DNA from: Candidatus Obscuribacteraceae bacterium
GTDB lineage: Bacteria; Cyanobacteriota; Vampirovibrionia; Obscuribacterales; Obscuribacteraceae
Direction of reading: 5' to 3'
DNA: 64,000 bases
NCBI GenBank assembly: GCA_044226015.1
Contig: JBGAHS010000005.1
Span: 576,001-640,000 of the forward strand
A model generated the notes under the pieces. That model made no database searches, was not told where the DNA came from, and was given only the letters and a program-made list of their open reading frames with translations. A program made the position numbers and the translations under genes. Of the stretch, positions 45,283 to 54,801 are shown in pieces (position 1 is the stretch's first letter; every line of letters begins with the position of its first letter).

Positions 45283-46140
45283 TTATTTCAAGATTCCAGA
45301 AAAGGCGATCAGTGCAGCACCAAATATTAGTCTATAGATGACGAACACAAGGGTGGAGTGATTTTTCAAATACTTCAGCATCCAGTGAATCGCAGCAAAG
45401 CTGACAATCGTTGACACAACTAGCCCAACAAGCAGGCTGCTTATAGCCGCGTCACCAAGTCCTTCTTTCACCATGTCTTTTAGCTCAACGAGTCCGCTGA
45501 TGAGAATCGCAGGAATTCCCAACAGAAAACTAAATCTTGCGGCTTCGTCTCTTTTGAATCCAAGAAAAAGAGCAAATGTAAGCGTAGAGCCACTGCGTGA
45601 GCAACCAGGAATCAAAGCCATTGCTTGACCTAGACCGACAATCAACCCATCTTTTCCTGCCACATCATCTACGCTTCGAGAATGCTTTGCAATTTTCTCG
45701 GCTCCTAACAAGAGCAAGCCCATAACAATTGAGGCGATTCCAACTGTCATGATTGAACGAAGTGGACTGTCATTGACTTCGAGTAAGGGCTTAAGAGCAA
45801 GTCCTAATATACAAATTGGTATGGTACCGACTATGATGGCACCTGCCAGTCGGAATTCTTTGCTCCCAAATTCTTTGTCTTGTATTGCTTTGAAGGCTCC
45901 CATTGCTATTTGCAATAGGTCCTTAAAAAAGTAGGTCAAAACAGCAAGAACAGAACCTAGTTGAATAACTGCGGAATAAGCTACTCCCGGGTCGGTATAG
46001 CTCGGGTCCATGAGTCGCATCACTGCTGGTGCCACTCTGAGGTGCGCTGAGCTACTGATCGGCAAAAATTCCGTCAAGCCCTGGACGATGCCTAGAACTA
46101 TTGCTTCGACCATTGGAATTCCGGTTCCGCTCATTGTCAT
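45283..46140 (-). CDS. uppP: Undecaprenyl-diphosphate phosphatase
   Basis: LGIVQGLTEFLPISSSAH, IQLGS, PGCSRSGST, AARFSFLL. Confidence 0.95.
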   Translation of the reverse strand: MTMSGTGIPMVEAIVLGIVQGLTEFLPISSSAHLRVAPAVMRLMDPSYTDPGVAYSAVIQLGSVLAVLTYFFKDLLQIAMGAFKAIQDKEFGSKEFRLAGAIIVGTIPICILGLALKPLLEVNDSPLRSIMTVGIASIVMGLLLLGAEKIAKHSRSVDDVAGKDGLIVGLGQAMALIPGCSRSGSTLTFALFLGFKRDEAARFSFLLGIPAILISGLVELKDMVKEGLGDAAISSLLVGLVVSTIVSFAAIHWMLKYLKNHSTLVFVIYRLIFGAALIAFSGILK

Positions 46141-46190
46141 ACCTTCCTATTACCTCTTAGTATTTTTGGTTTAAAGTTGAAAGCGTATCG

Positions 46191-47060
46191 CTACTGCAAT
46201 TCCACATCTTCTTCATAGTCATTCAAATCTTCGAAGTTTTCATTCGCGTCAGGCTCTTGTGGCTCATTTCCTGAACTTTGCGCACTACTTTTGTTCGCAG
46301 CAGGCGGTGGTCCCTTCACAAAGGAAAGGTTATCGCGACCGGCTTTTACCCACGTGCGCAAAGAGCCCGTGTCGGACATTTGTCCCTTCGTGCCCTGCAA
46401 TTGACTGCCGAGATAGGTAAGCATGTTCTCGATGTTTTCCAGAGTGCTGGTGTCAACATCGACAATCTCGGCACCAATCTCGGTTCGATTTAACAGCCAG
46501 TTAAATCTGCTGTTAACTATGCGAAAACGATTCCTTATGTGCACAGGTCCAATGTCATAGGAAATGAGGATCATTTGATCAAGCACAAAGCGCTCGACGC
46601 ACTCTCCTTGCGCCGCGAAGCCCAAGCCAAATCTTGAGACATTGCGGGTGACAAGTTCCTTATCAAAGTCTTTCCAATCATCGCCTTCAACTTTCAATGG
46701 CACGCTGATGTCTGTACGGACGTGAACGCGTCTTTGATTTGACTGCTCGAATTTGGGAGTTGGCGACTGTAGGCAAGTTCTTCCTTCAATTATCTTGGCT
46801 CCTCTAATCTCGGAGGACCACAGTCCGTTAAATCGGTTGTTAGCTGAGCTTCCGACAAAAGAAATCTTTGCACCGCGCGCAACCTTGGTGCCTTTGCTGC
46901 ATTTGAGCTGAAAATATATGCTATGAGCATCTACCGCAACTATGGTTGCTCTGCCAAACCCATTCTGCGTGGGCGACAACTCAATCTTGGCTTTATAGAT
47001 CTGACCGGGTTTGAACATCTTTAATTCAGCATGGTGCGCCTGAATTATCGCATGTTTCAC
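46191..47060 (-). CDS. PilZ-domain protein
   Basis: QRRVHVR (RxxxR) and NVSRFG (D/NxSxxG) motifs; exact start uncertain. Confidence 0.6.
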   Translation of the reverse strand: MKHAIIQAHHAELKMFKPGQIYKAKIELSPTQNGFGRATIVAVDAHSIYFQLKCSKGTKVARGAKISFVGSSANNRFNGLWSSEIRGAKIIEGRTCLQSPTPKFEQSNQRRVHVRTDISVPLKVEGDDWKDFDKELVTRNVSRFGLGFAAQGECVERFVLDQMILISYDIGPVHIRNRFRIVNSRFNWLLNRTEIGAEIVDVDTSTLENIENMLTYLGSQLQGTKGQMSDTGSLRTWVKAGRDNLSFVKGPPPAANKSSAQSSGNEPQEPDANENFEDLNDYEEDVELQ

Positions 47061-47887
47061 TCTTTTAGCTGAAGACCCAGCTTATAGATATCTGATGAGC
47101 TGCGACCTGACTCATTCGCTATAATTCTTGCCGCATCCTTTAGGCGGGCGCCTGAGGAAAGCAAGTCTTCTAACTTGGTTTGAATCTCTTCATCGGTCCA
47201 AACATTCATCGTCTCGTCTTTTCCCGCAAGAACCAGCACGCATTCACCTTTGAGTTCTCGCTGTTGCGCGATGGCAAGTAGGTCTAATACGTTAGCGCGA
47301 ATATACTCCTCGTGTTTTTTCGTGAGTTCGCGGCAAAGGCAAGCCTTCCTGTTTCCCATGATTTCATTTATTTCAGGAAGGACTTTTTGGATGTCTGTAA
47401 TTGGCAAGAAGAAGACCAGTGTTCTGTCGTCGTTCTTGAGATGTTCAAGTCGTTTTCTTCTGCTTGAGCCTTTCTCTGGCAGGAAGCCTTCGAAGGAGAA
47501 CCGTTCGCATGGAATGCCGCTAGCAACAAGAGCTTGCATTACGGCACTTGGTCCTGGAATGCCTATAACATCGATGCCGAGCGCAATCGCTTTTTGTACA
47601 AATTTATAGCCAGGGTCGGAAATGAGTGGCGTGCCTGCGTCGGAAATCAAGGCGACAGCTTTATTTTCAGCGGCAATTCTCTCCAGTTCTGCTGCGCGTT
47701 TCTCTTCATTGAAGTCATGGCAGCTAACCAGTGACTTGCTTAGCCCGAGGTGGCTCATCAGCTTGATTGACACTCGAGTATCTTCTGCGAAAACGAGATC
47801 AACTTCGCCGAGTATCCTTTTTACACGCGAAGATATGTCTTCCAGGTTCCCGATCGGTGTCCCAACTATATACAACTTGCCAGCCAT
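47057..47887 (-). CDS. rsmI: 16S rRNA (cytidine1402-2'-O)-methyltransferase
   Basis: LYIVGTPIGNLEDI, AEDTR, SDAGTPLISDPG, PGPSA, FEGFLP, RELTKKHEE; start placed at ATG 47887. Confidence 0.95.
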   Translation of the reverse strand: MAGKLYIVGTPIGNLEDISSRVKRILGEVDLVFAEDTRVSIKLMSHLGLSKSLVSCHDFNEEKRAAELERIAAENKAVALISDAGTPLISDPGYKFVQKAIALGIDVIGIPGPSAVMQALVASGIPCERFSFEGFLPEKGSSRRKRLEHLKNDDRTLVFFLPITDIQKVLPEINEIMGNRKACLCRELTKKHEEYIRANVLDLLAIAQQRELKGECVLVLAGKDETMNVWTDEEIQTKLEDLLSSGARLKDAARIIANESGRSSSDIYKLGLQLKE

Positions 47888-47996
47888 GGGTATACCCCAT
47901 ATTAATTCGCAGGGACCGCCCAAGACTTTGAATCTGGGGGCTTTCGGGAGCTTAGCATAAATAAGATGAAACGACTTGGTTCTTGACAAGAAAGAG

Positions 47997-48085
47997 TTAT
48001 CTACAGGCTTATCTACAGCTGTAGATAATTTAATGGCTAAACTGAAGACTAAGGTCTTGCAAAAAAATACGTCTGGTTTTCCACA
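47997..48085. promoter_or_regulatory. Cluster of DnaA-box-like 9-mers
   Basis: TTATCTACA at 47997 and 48009, inverted TGTAGATAA at 48020, TTTTCCACA at 48077. Confidence 0.45.
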
Positions 48086-48174
48086 CCGTTTTGCAATCAA
48101 ACCTGGTTTCGTTCAAAATCGAAATGATGTAAGATTGGCTTGTTCAGCGGAGATCGCTAGAGAGGTTACTCGCG

Positions 48175-50334
48175 ATGCAAGCTCAGAAAGCAAAATCAGC
48201 AAAGAGAATAATCTCTGATTTTCGCTTGGCTGCGGCGTCTGTAATACTCGGTAATGACACTCATACGGCTTGTATATCGAGCGATATGCGGAATACTGAT
48301 CATATTGCAGAGTTATGTGAGCAATATAGCCTGTTTATAGCTTTGCATAGCCTTGGCACCAGATATGGTTTGTCTGTATGTCGGGAATCTATATATTCGT
48401 ACAGCGCTAATGACACCCGGGCGACCCTTATTTCGGCTTCACTAGCTGATCGATATCCATTTCAAATAAGTGACATGGTGCCAATTGTTGGCAAAGACTT
48501 CGAAAACTTACAGAGCCTTTCTCAGCAGCTTATTGAAGAGTCTCTTGAAACGATTGGTGACATCTACCAGCAGACTCTCTCGGCGCCACTTGCGATCAAT
48601 GATCTCAATAAACCATATATCGATTTGAAATCGAATCAACGTGTAAGTGGAGAGTTCTATACTCCATCATGGGTAGCTGATCGCTCTTTCGCGCTCTGGC
48701 TTAACAGCGATTCAGCCAATAAATTGAAACTGCTTAAGCAAGATTTGCGCATAATTGACCCCTCTTGTGGAACAGGAAATTTCTTGTTGGCAGCTATGCG
48801 AATGGCAGATTCGCAGCTGTCTGAGAGTGCTCAAATACTTCGTTTCGCGAAAGAGTGTCTATTCGGACGCGATATTGATGGCAAGGCGATTGAGATTGCT
48901 AAGGTACTTGTTGTGTTTATGGTTGCGCGTTCATTTTTGAAGCGCGATCAGATCTTGTCCATTAAAGAAGTGGATGGTCTTTTAGCTGCACTGGATGAAC
49001 ATTTCCAAGTTAGAGATGGACTCTTGAATTCGATTGCACTTGGTTTAGATATGCGGGGTGGGACAGCCATCGAGACAGTCATTGGAACAGCCATCGAAAC
49101 AGCCGTTTCGCTGGCACATGCATGTGTCGCTGAACCAAAGTTCGACCTGGTGATTACAAATCCGCCGTACATTAGCTTTGGATCGCGCGATCAACAAACA
49201 TTGTCAAAAGAATGGCAGTTGTTTCTGAAAAAGAGGTTTCCCGCCTCAAGCGAGTATAAGGTTCGACTGACTTCTATGTTCCAGGAAATTGGCATTCAGA
49301 TGATTAAGCCTGGAGGACAGTGTATTTTTCTTGTACCCGACGCTTTCTTGACGGGGAGCTATTATCAAAAGATTCGCGAACACATTCTTAATAACGTAGA
49401 GATCGTTCAGTTAACAGAATTGCCGGAAAGCACCATAGGTGATGCTACGGTGGGTCGCTGGTGTTTGGCGCAATACGCAAAGTTTGCTTCTAGTTCGAGC
49501 TCGAAAGAGTTGCTTTCAGCATCTAGTGTCAACCTTCAGAGCCTTTATTTCGATAAGGAAAAGGTTTTGCAAGAATTGAACTTCCGCGTACCTCTTGAGT
49601 CCCTTGTTAGCACTGATAAGAAGCGCTTTCAGCTTTTATTTTCTGATGAGGATCTTCAACTGGTTGAGCTTTGCAAGGATTTCGATTTCCTTAAAGAGGA
49701 ACTTCGAGGGCACACTGGTATTCGCGCACGTAATGGACAGGCTTCGATTGTTGCACGGCGGAAATTGAATAAGTATTTTCATCGTGGTATCACTTCTGGA
49801 GCTGAAGTGACAGCGTATAAGATTGATTGGAATGAGAATTGGATTGAAATTATTGCAGAGAAGCTTTTCGCAGGTGGGTTTGACCCAAATATTATTGAGA
49901 GGGAAAAGGTTCTGGTTCGGCAAACTGGCGACAGATTGGTGGCTGCTGCTGATAAGGGTGGGTTCTATCATCTCAACAATGTACATAGCTTTGTTCCGCA
50001 GAAAACAATTGCTTCTAGGAGCGTTGATTTCTATACCAGTTTGCTTAACTCTAGTTTCTTCCTTTATTACTACAGGTTGAAGACCCGCGAGCATAAGCGC
50101 GCACTCGCTCAGATTGATATTGAGACGGTTGAGCACATGCCACTACCACCGGTTAATCTCAAGTTAGACAAAGATATCGAAAAGCTTGGTGTGCTGTTAG
50201 GTGGACCAGACCCCGAATGCAAGCAAGGTAGAAAGAGAACATCTGCTTTAGCGGAAATCGATGAGTTGGTTTTTGATCTGTTTGGCATAAACCGGAGGCT
50301 TCGTGAGCACATTCTCGCCGGCATTCAAGTTTAG
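48175..50334 (+). CDS. N6-adenine DNA methyltransferase (Eco57I/TaqI-like) with C-terminal target-recognition domain
   Basis: GEFYTP, DPSCGTGNFL, ITNPPY, KVLVRQTGDRLVAA, LLNSS. Confidence 0.85.
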   Translation: MQAQKAKSAKRIISDFRLAAASVILGNDTHTACISSDMRNTDHIAELCEQYSLFIALHSLGTRYGLSVCRESIYSYSANDTRATLISASLADRYPFQISDMVPIVGKDFENLQSLSQQLIEESLETIGDIYQQTLSAPLAINDLNKPYIDLKSNQRVSGEFYTPSWVADRSFALWLNSDSANKLKLLKQDLRIIDPSCGTGNFLLAAMRMADSQLSESAQILRFAKECLFGRDIDGKAIEIAKVLVVFMVARSFLKRDQILSIKEVDGLLAALDEHFQVRDGLLNSIALGLDMRGGTAIETVIGTAIETAVSLAHACVAEPKFDLVITNPPYISFGSRDQQTLSKEWQLFLKKRFPASSEYKVRLTSMFQEIGIQMIKPGGQCIFLVPDAFLTGSYYQKIREHILNNVEIVQLTELPESTIGDATVGRWCLAQYAKFASSSSSKELLSASSVNLQSLYFDKEKVLQELNFRVPLESLVSTDKKRFQLLFSDEDLQLVELCKDFDFLKEELRGHTGIRARNGQASIVARRKLNKYFHRGITSGAEVTAYKIDWNENWIEIIAEKLFAGGFDPNIIEREKVLVRQTGDRLVAAADKGGFYHLNNVHSFVPQKTIASRSVDFYTSLLNSSFFLYYYRLKTREHKRALAQIDIETVEHMPLPPVNLKLDKDIEKLGVLLGGPDPECKQGRKRTSALAEIDELVFDLFGINRRLREHILAGIQV

Positions 50335-50499
50335 GTCCGTGTACTCAGGAAACATTCGATGAACAACTTGAGTCCAATTTAATTGTGCTTGTCCAAGGCT
50401 GCCAAATAAGCGTTTTGTTAGAGATTGTATTATCGAATCATCTGAAAGGTGATGGAAAGGGCGCTAAACTATAGGCAAGTCCGGCAAAAGTACAGGCTC

Positions 50500-51885
50500 A
50501 TGACAACAAAACGAATTCTCACAATAAATCTTGCAGTGCTTTGTGCGCTTTCTTTCACAGGGCTTTCGCCCGCGAATGCTCTAGGCTTGAAAAAACCTGC
50601 AGCGAACACTGAGTCTGAGCCTGAGAAAATGGACATCAGAGACAAATGGGCTCTCGTCGTAGGAATCAACAAGTTTGCTGACCCTGCAATCACCGGGCAG
50701 CGGCTGGCACAAAAGAGCGCTTCTGATGTGGCTCGCGCTTTGAAGGACGCAGACTCTGGCCATTTCGGCCTTGACCATGTCCTCTCGGTGAATGGTGCTG
50801 ATGCCAGTAAAGCTGGAATAGAGCAGGCATTCAATGAGTGGTTGTTCAAGAAAGCTTTGCCCGATGATTTGGTTGTTATCTACATGAATTCAAAGCTTGT
50901 CAAAAACGCTGCTGGTGAAATTTTCCTTTGCGCAAATGATTCAAAGCTTGCTGAGCCCGAGAAAACTGCTATAAACCTTCTCGATTTCCTGAAGAATGTA
51001 CGTCAGCGAATTGGTTCGACTCACATTTTGTGCTTACTCGATACGAACGCAGCTTTGGCCAGTGATGCAAATAAATCAATTCATGATTTGAAATGGTTGG
51101 CATCAAACAGCGGTGTGACAGTTCTGGCCGCATCTGATTTGTTGAAACCATCAGGTGATGACCAAACGAGCTTGCAGACATACTTTGTTCACTACTTTGT
51201 TGAAGCGTTAAAGACTGGTGGAGGCAACTTTCCCCTGGCGATGACCGCTGAGTATGTCTGGCAGAAAGTGCAAGAAGCTACGCAGCAATCAGGTGCTCAG
51301 TCCCCAGTTCTTGCTCTTCCAACTGAAAATTCGCAGACCGTTTCAATTCCTATAGGAATGATGGTAAAGAGCTCGTTGCCGCATCAGGTGGCAATCGGTC
51401 ATCCATTAGATAATCTTGGTATGAGCCGACCAGACATTGTTGCTCCTACTAATACTGCTACCAAACCTGGTATCAAACTTCAGGCAAGAAATCCTGTGCC
51501 GAGCAAAGTTGCGAAGCCTGTTGTTCGTTCTGCGGCCGAAGACGAAGATGATGAGGATTTTGACCCTAAATTAGATTTGCGCCCTTACGTGACTAAAATG
51601 AAGGCTGATATCCAGAAAAGATGGGTAACTCCTAAAGGGTTGGAGAGCAAGCGTGTTACAACCATGTTTTCAATCACCCGTGAAGGCAAAATAGTCAATC
51701 CGGAAATTGTCGAGAGCTCTGGAAGTGAGGAGGTAGACAAGTCTGCCTTGGCTGCTCTTGTCGCTAATGTGGATCCGCTGCCGAAAGGTAGCCCGCGAAC
51801 TGTCGATATAAAGTACGTGTTTGATTGGACTTCGAAACCGGTGACAGGTTCGAATAGTCCTGTGACTCCGACTGCGGCAAAGTAG
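50500..51885 (+). CDS. Secreted caspase-like (C14) domain lacking catalytic residues, fused to a TonB-C-terminal-like domain
   Basis: Signal peptide; KWALVVGINKF..DDLVVIY..LLDT; YVTKMK..IQKRW..F.ITREG..ESSG..VDKSALAAL. ORF track starts at 50449. Confidence 0.7.
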   Translation: MTTKRILTINLAVLCALSFTGLSPANALGLKKPAANTESEPEKMDIRDKWALVVGINKFADPAITGQRLAQKSASDVARALKDADSGHFGLDHVLSVNGADASKAGIEQAFNEWLFKKALPDDLVVIYMNSKLVKNAAGEIFLCANDSKLAEPEKTAINLLDFLKNVRQRIGSTHILCLLDTNAALASDANKSIHDLKWLASNSGVTVLAASDLLKPSGDDQTSLQTYFVHYFVEALKTGGGNFPLAMTAEYVWQKVQEATQQSGAQSPVLALPTENSQTVSIPIGMMVKSSLPHQVAIGHPLDNLGMSRPDIVAPTNTATKPGIKLQARNPVPSKVAKPVVRSAAEDEDDEDFDPKLDLRPYVTKMKADIQKRWVTPKGLESKRVTTMFSITREGKIVNPEIVESSGSEEVDKSALAALVANVDPLPKGSPRTVDIKYVFDWTSKPVTGSNSPVTPTAAK

Positions 51886-52326
51886 CTTTCCTATCCACCC
51901 GCGCAGAAAAAACAGAGAGCTGAAGCGGTACCGTTTGAGTTCTAGGGGAAAACCTTCGCTTTTGGCGGAGCAGAAAAACCTGAGAACTGAAGCGGGGCTT
52001 CCTCTTCATCTGTATGCGCCCTGTAAAGACCTAACGGATCCGCGGTTGCCATGTCGAGGACCGCTCATAAGCCGTGCCGGCCGGCTGGAGCTGTCCACAG
52101 CTGTACCTGCATGGATGTGCTACATGAGGAGCAATAGATTAAACCCCGAAACGCCCGCCCGGTGGTTGCCAAGAGAAAACTTTGCTCATCTTGGCGACCC
52201 TCTACGTAGAAACCACATTGACGATCCAGCTGCGGAAGGTTAAGTTAGAAAAGGTGAGGATGAAAAGCCTCGAAAGAACCAAAAGCTAAAGGGTAGTGGC
52301 GGTCAAGGGAGTAACCAAGGGGAATT

Positions 52327-52761
52327 ATGAGCGGCGATTTTGAAAATATCGGTAAAAAGGCAGATGCGGCAGGTGCAGAGAACGCTGCACAGGAAGCTGC
52401 TTCACCTTTCCACGAGGAGCTGCACGCTATAAAAGGCCCCGAAAAGGTCGAAAATAAAGCTTCTGAAGAAAAGGTAGCTCTCACAGGCAAAGATGGCTTC
52501 AAGGAAGGTTCGGGCGAATCCTATTCGGACTACCTGGCAAGAACAATGTCTCCAGAGCAACTTCTTGATGGACTTCGAAAGCATCTCGAAAATTCGATGA
52601 AGAAGATTTCAATGCTAGAGGAAAATGGCTACGGTGACGAAGCCAGGAAAGTGACCGAAGGTGGAAACTTCCTCGGCGGTTATGTGCAAGACTCATCTCC
52701 GGCAGGTGTTCGTAAGTTCTTAGATACCATTGCCGATGCAGTGAATCAGAAAGGCAACTAA
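52327..52761 (+). CDS. Hypothetical protein
   Basis: 144-aa ORF with AAGGGG SD, followed by a terminator. Confidence 0.65.
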   Translation: MSGDFENIGKKADAAGAENAAQEAASPFHEELHAIKGPEKVENKASEEKVALTGKDGFKEGSGESYSDYLARTMSPEQLLDGLRKHLENSMKKISMLEENGYGDEARKVTEGGNFLGGYVQDSSPAGVRKFLDTIADAVNQKGN

Positions 52762-52783
52762 GTAAGAAGTAAGCCAAAAGTCT

Positions 52784-52818
52784 TGAGGTCCTCGCCCCCG
52801 CGGGGACCTTATTTTTTT
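52784..52818 (+). terminator. Intrinsic terminator
   Basis: AGGTCCTCGC...GCGGGGACCT hairpin then TATTTTTTT. Confidence 0.8.
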
Positions 52819-52950
52819 GTCATTTCTTTACCGCCAACGCTGGCCAGCTTTTCGCGTTAATTTAGTCCGTTACAATGCTGAAGCCTGTTTCCGCCGTTGT
52901 GTTATTATAACTAGCCGTTATTTGCATATATAAATTAGGAATTCCTAGCC

Positions 52951-53220
52951 GTGCCTAGAATTAAATCAGCTATTAAAAGAGTCGATGTCGCAGAACGCAA
53001 CCGCGAAAAGAATCGTACTTGGAAATCGTCAATCAGAACTGCTCGCAACAAAGTAGAAGACAGCTTGAGCAGCGATGACAGCAAAGTCGCCGCAGATGCT
53101 TTGAGCAATGCATTCTCTATCATCGACCGTGCCGTTTCCAAAGGCGTTCTTCACAGGAACACTGCAGCTCGTCGCAAGAGCAGGCTCGTAGCACAAATCA
53201 AAAGATCCAAAGAAGGCTAA
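52951..53220 (+). CDS. rpsT: 30S ribosomal protein S20
   Basis: IKSAIKR..RNR..KS.IRT..IDRAVSKGVLHRNTAARRKSRL. Confidence 0.97.
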   Translation: MPRIKSAIKRVDVAERNREKNRTWKSSIRTARNKVEDSLSSDDSKVAADALSNAFSIIDRAVSKGVLHRNTAARRKSRLVAQIKRSKEG

Positions 53221-53322
53221 ATTCGACCGCGACGAATTTGCCTAGCTTTAACAAGCAGTTAGCAATGGATTGTCCTATCTCGGCTATGCTGAGCTAGGCT
53301 TTAGATTTTTGCGAGGACATCA

Positions 53323-54801
53323 ATGGAAATAGACACATCCCGCCCGGTTGAGCCAGTGACAGGATCAGTTTCTGACAGTAAGCAAAAGGTCGAGCTAGGG
53401 CGAATCGCCGGACCAATTCATTTTATTGGAATCGGCGGAATAGGGATGTCAGCACTCGCATTGCTTTTGCTGGCGAGAGGCGCGAAGGTGTCGGGCTCTG
53501 ACAAAGCGGCGAGCCCAATCACTGAAGAATTGAAAGCTTTGGGCGCGGATATTCACATCGGGCACAAAGCAGAAAACCTTGGAAAAGCAGAAGCTGTTGT
53601 GGTTTCGACAGCAATTACAAGAGAAAATCCTGAGCTGGCACGGGCTCTCGACAATGATATTCCTGTTTACCATCGCTCTGAAGTGCTCGCATTTTTGTCG
53701 TCGAGCAAGAAGTTGGTAGCTGTTTCTGGAACACACGGAAAGACGACTACCACTGGCATGGTCGCCCAAGCATTGATGGACACAGGCAACGATCCATCAG
53801 TTGTCGTCGGCGGCATTTTTGCTTACATGAAGTCCAATGCGCATGCAGGCAAGAGCGAATATTTCGTAGCAGAGGCTGATGAAAGCGATCGTTCACACGA
53901 GACTTTGCCGTCTGAAATTGCTGTCGTTACCAACATAGAACCAGACCATCTAGAAAATTATCCTGGCGGAATGGAACAGATTCTTGCCACCATGGCTAGT
54001 TTCGCAAATAAGGCTCGCAGATGCGTTGTGCTATGCGCAGATGATGCTGGGTGCAGGCAGTTGCAACCTTTGCTGAAAGGCAAAGTTGTCACTTATGGAA
54101 CACGCGACAAGTCTCCATCAGCTGACTACACCCTTGAGCTTGATACCGAAGGCGGTTTCACCATTTACAATGGCAAGACTCAATTAGGCACGATGCGTCT
54201 GGCCGTTCCTGGCATGCACAATAAGATGAATACGCTGGCCGCTATCGCTGTGTGCATGGAGCTTGGAGTGCCATTTGAAGGTGCTGCCCGGGCTCTCGAA
54301 ACCTTCCATGGTGTTGCTCGCCGATTTGAGCACATTGGTGAGTCTTACGATATTTTGGTAGTCGATGATTATGCCCATCACCCAACCGAAGTTCGGGCGA
54401 CATTGGAAGCCGCGCAGCAGTTTAGAAGAACTAACCGCCCAGGCAAAGAATACGGACGCATTGTTGCTGTGTTCCAGCCTCACCAGCCTGGAAGATTGCG
54501 CGACCTCTGGGACGAATTTTGTGGCGCTTTCCCAAATGCTGATCTAGTTTTGCTTGCAGATGTCTATGTTGCAAGAGGTGGACAGATCGAAGGTATTAAC
54601 TCAGAAAAGTTTGCTCAGGCAGTGAAACACGATAACGCACATTATGTGCAAGGTCCTGTTTCGGAACTGCCGGCAAAAGTCAAAGCACACTTGAAGCCTG
54701 GTGACATCGTTTTGACGATTGGTGCCGGCGATATCACAGGGCTAGGAAAACCTCTTCTCGCATTGATTCGCAACGAGGGTTTTGATGGAACTAACAACTA
54801 A
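53323..54801 (+). CDS. murC: UDP-N-acetylmuramate--L-alanine ligase
   Basis: HFIGIGGIGMS, GTHGKTTT, EADESD, TNIEPDHL, DDYAHHPTE, FQPH, GAGDI. Confidence 0.97.
   Translation: MEIDTSRPVEPVTGSVSDSKQKVELGRIAGPIHFIGIGGIGMSALALLLLARGAKVSGSDKAASPITEELKALGADIHIGHKAENLGKAEAVVVSTAITRENPELARALDNDIPVYHRSEVLAFLSSSKKLVAVSGTHGKTTTTGMVAQALMDTGNDPSVVVGGIFAYMKSNAHAGKSEYFVAEADESDRSHETLPSEIAVVTNIEPDHLENYPGGMEQILATMASFANKARRCVVLCADDAGCRQLQPLLKGKVVTYGTRDKSPSADYTLELDTEGGFTIYNGKTQLGTMRLAVPGMHNKMNTLAAIAVCMELGVPFEGAARALETFHGVARRFEHIGESYDILVVDDYAHHPTEVRATLEAAQQFRRTNRPGKEYGRIVAVFQPHQPGRLRDLWDEFCGAFPNADLVLLADVYVARGGQIEGINSEKFAQAVKHDNAHYVQGPVSELPAKVKAHLKPGDIVLTIGAGDITGLGKPLLALIRNEGFDGTNN

Noticed and set aside
47888..48100. 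N-terminal extension of rsmI in the ORF track
   Set aside because: RsmI homology starts at MAGKLYIVGTP; the extension (AVDKPVDN) is the translation of the DnaA-box-like cluster
51903..51995. Two 26-bp repeats with a 41-bp spacer as a mini-CRISPR
   Set aside because: Only two imperfect, non-palindromic copies and no cas genes
51886..52326. tmRNA, RNase P or SRP RNA
   Set aside because: I could not find their conserved signature sequences on either strand
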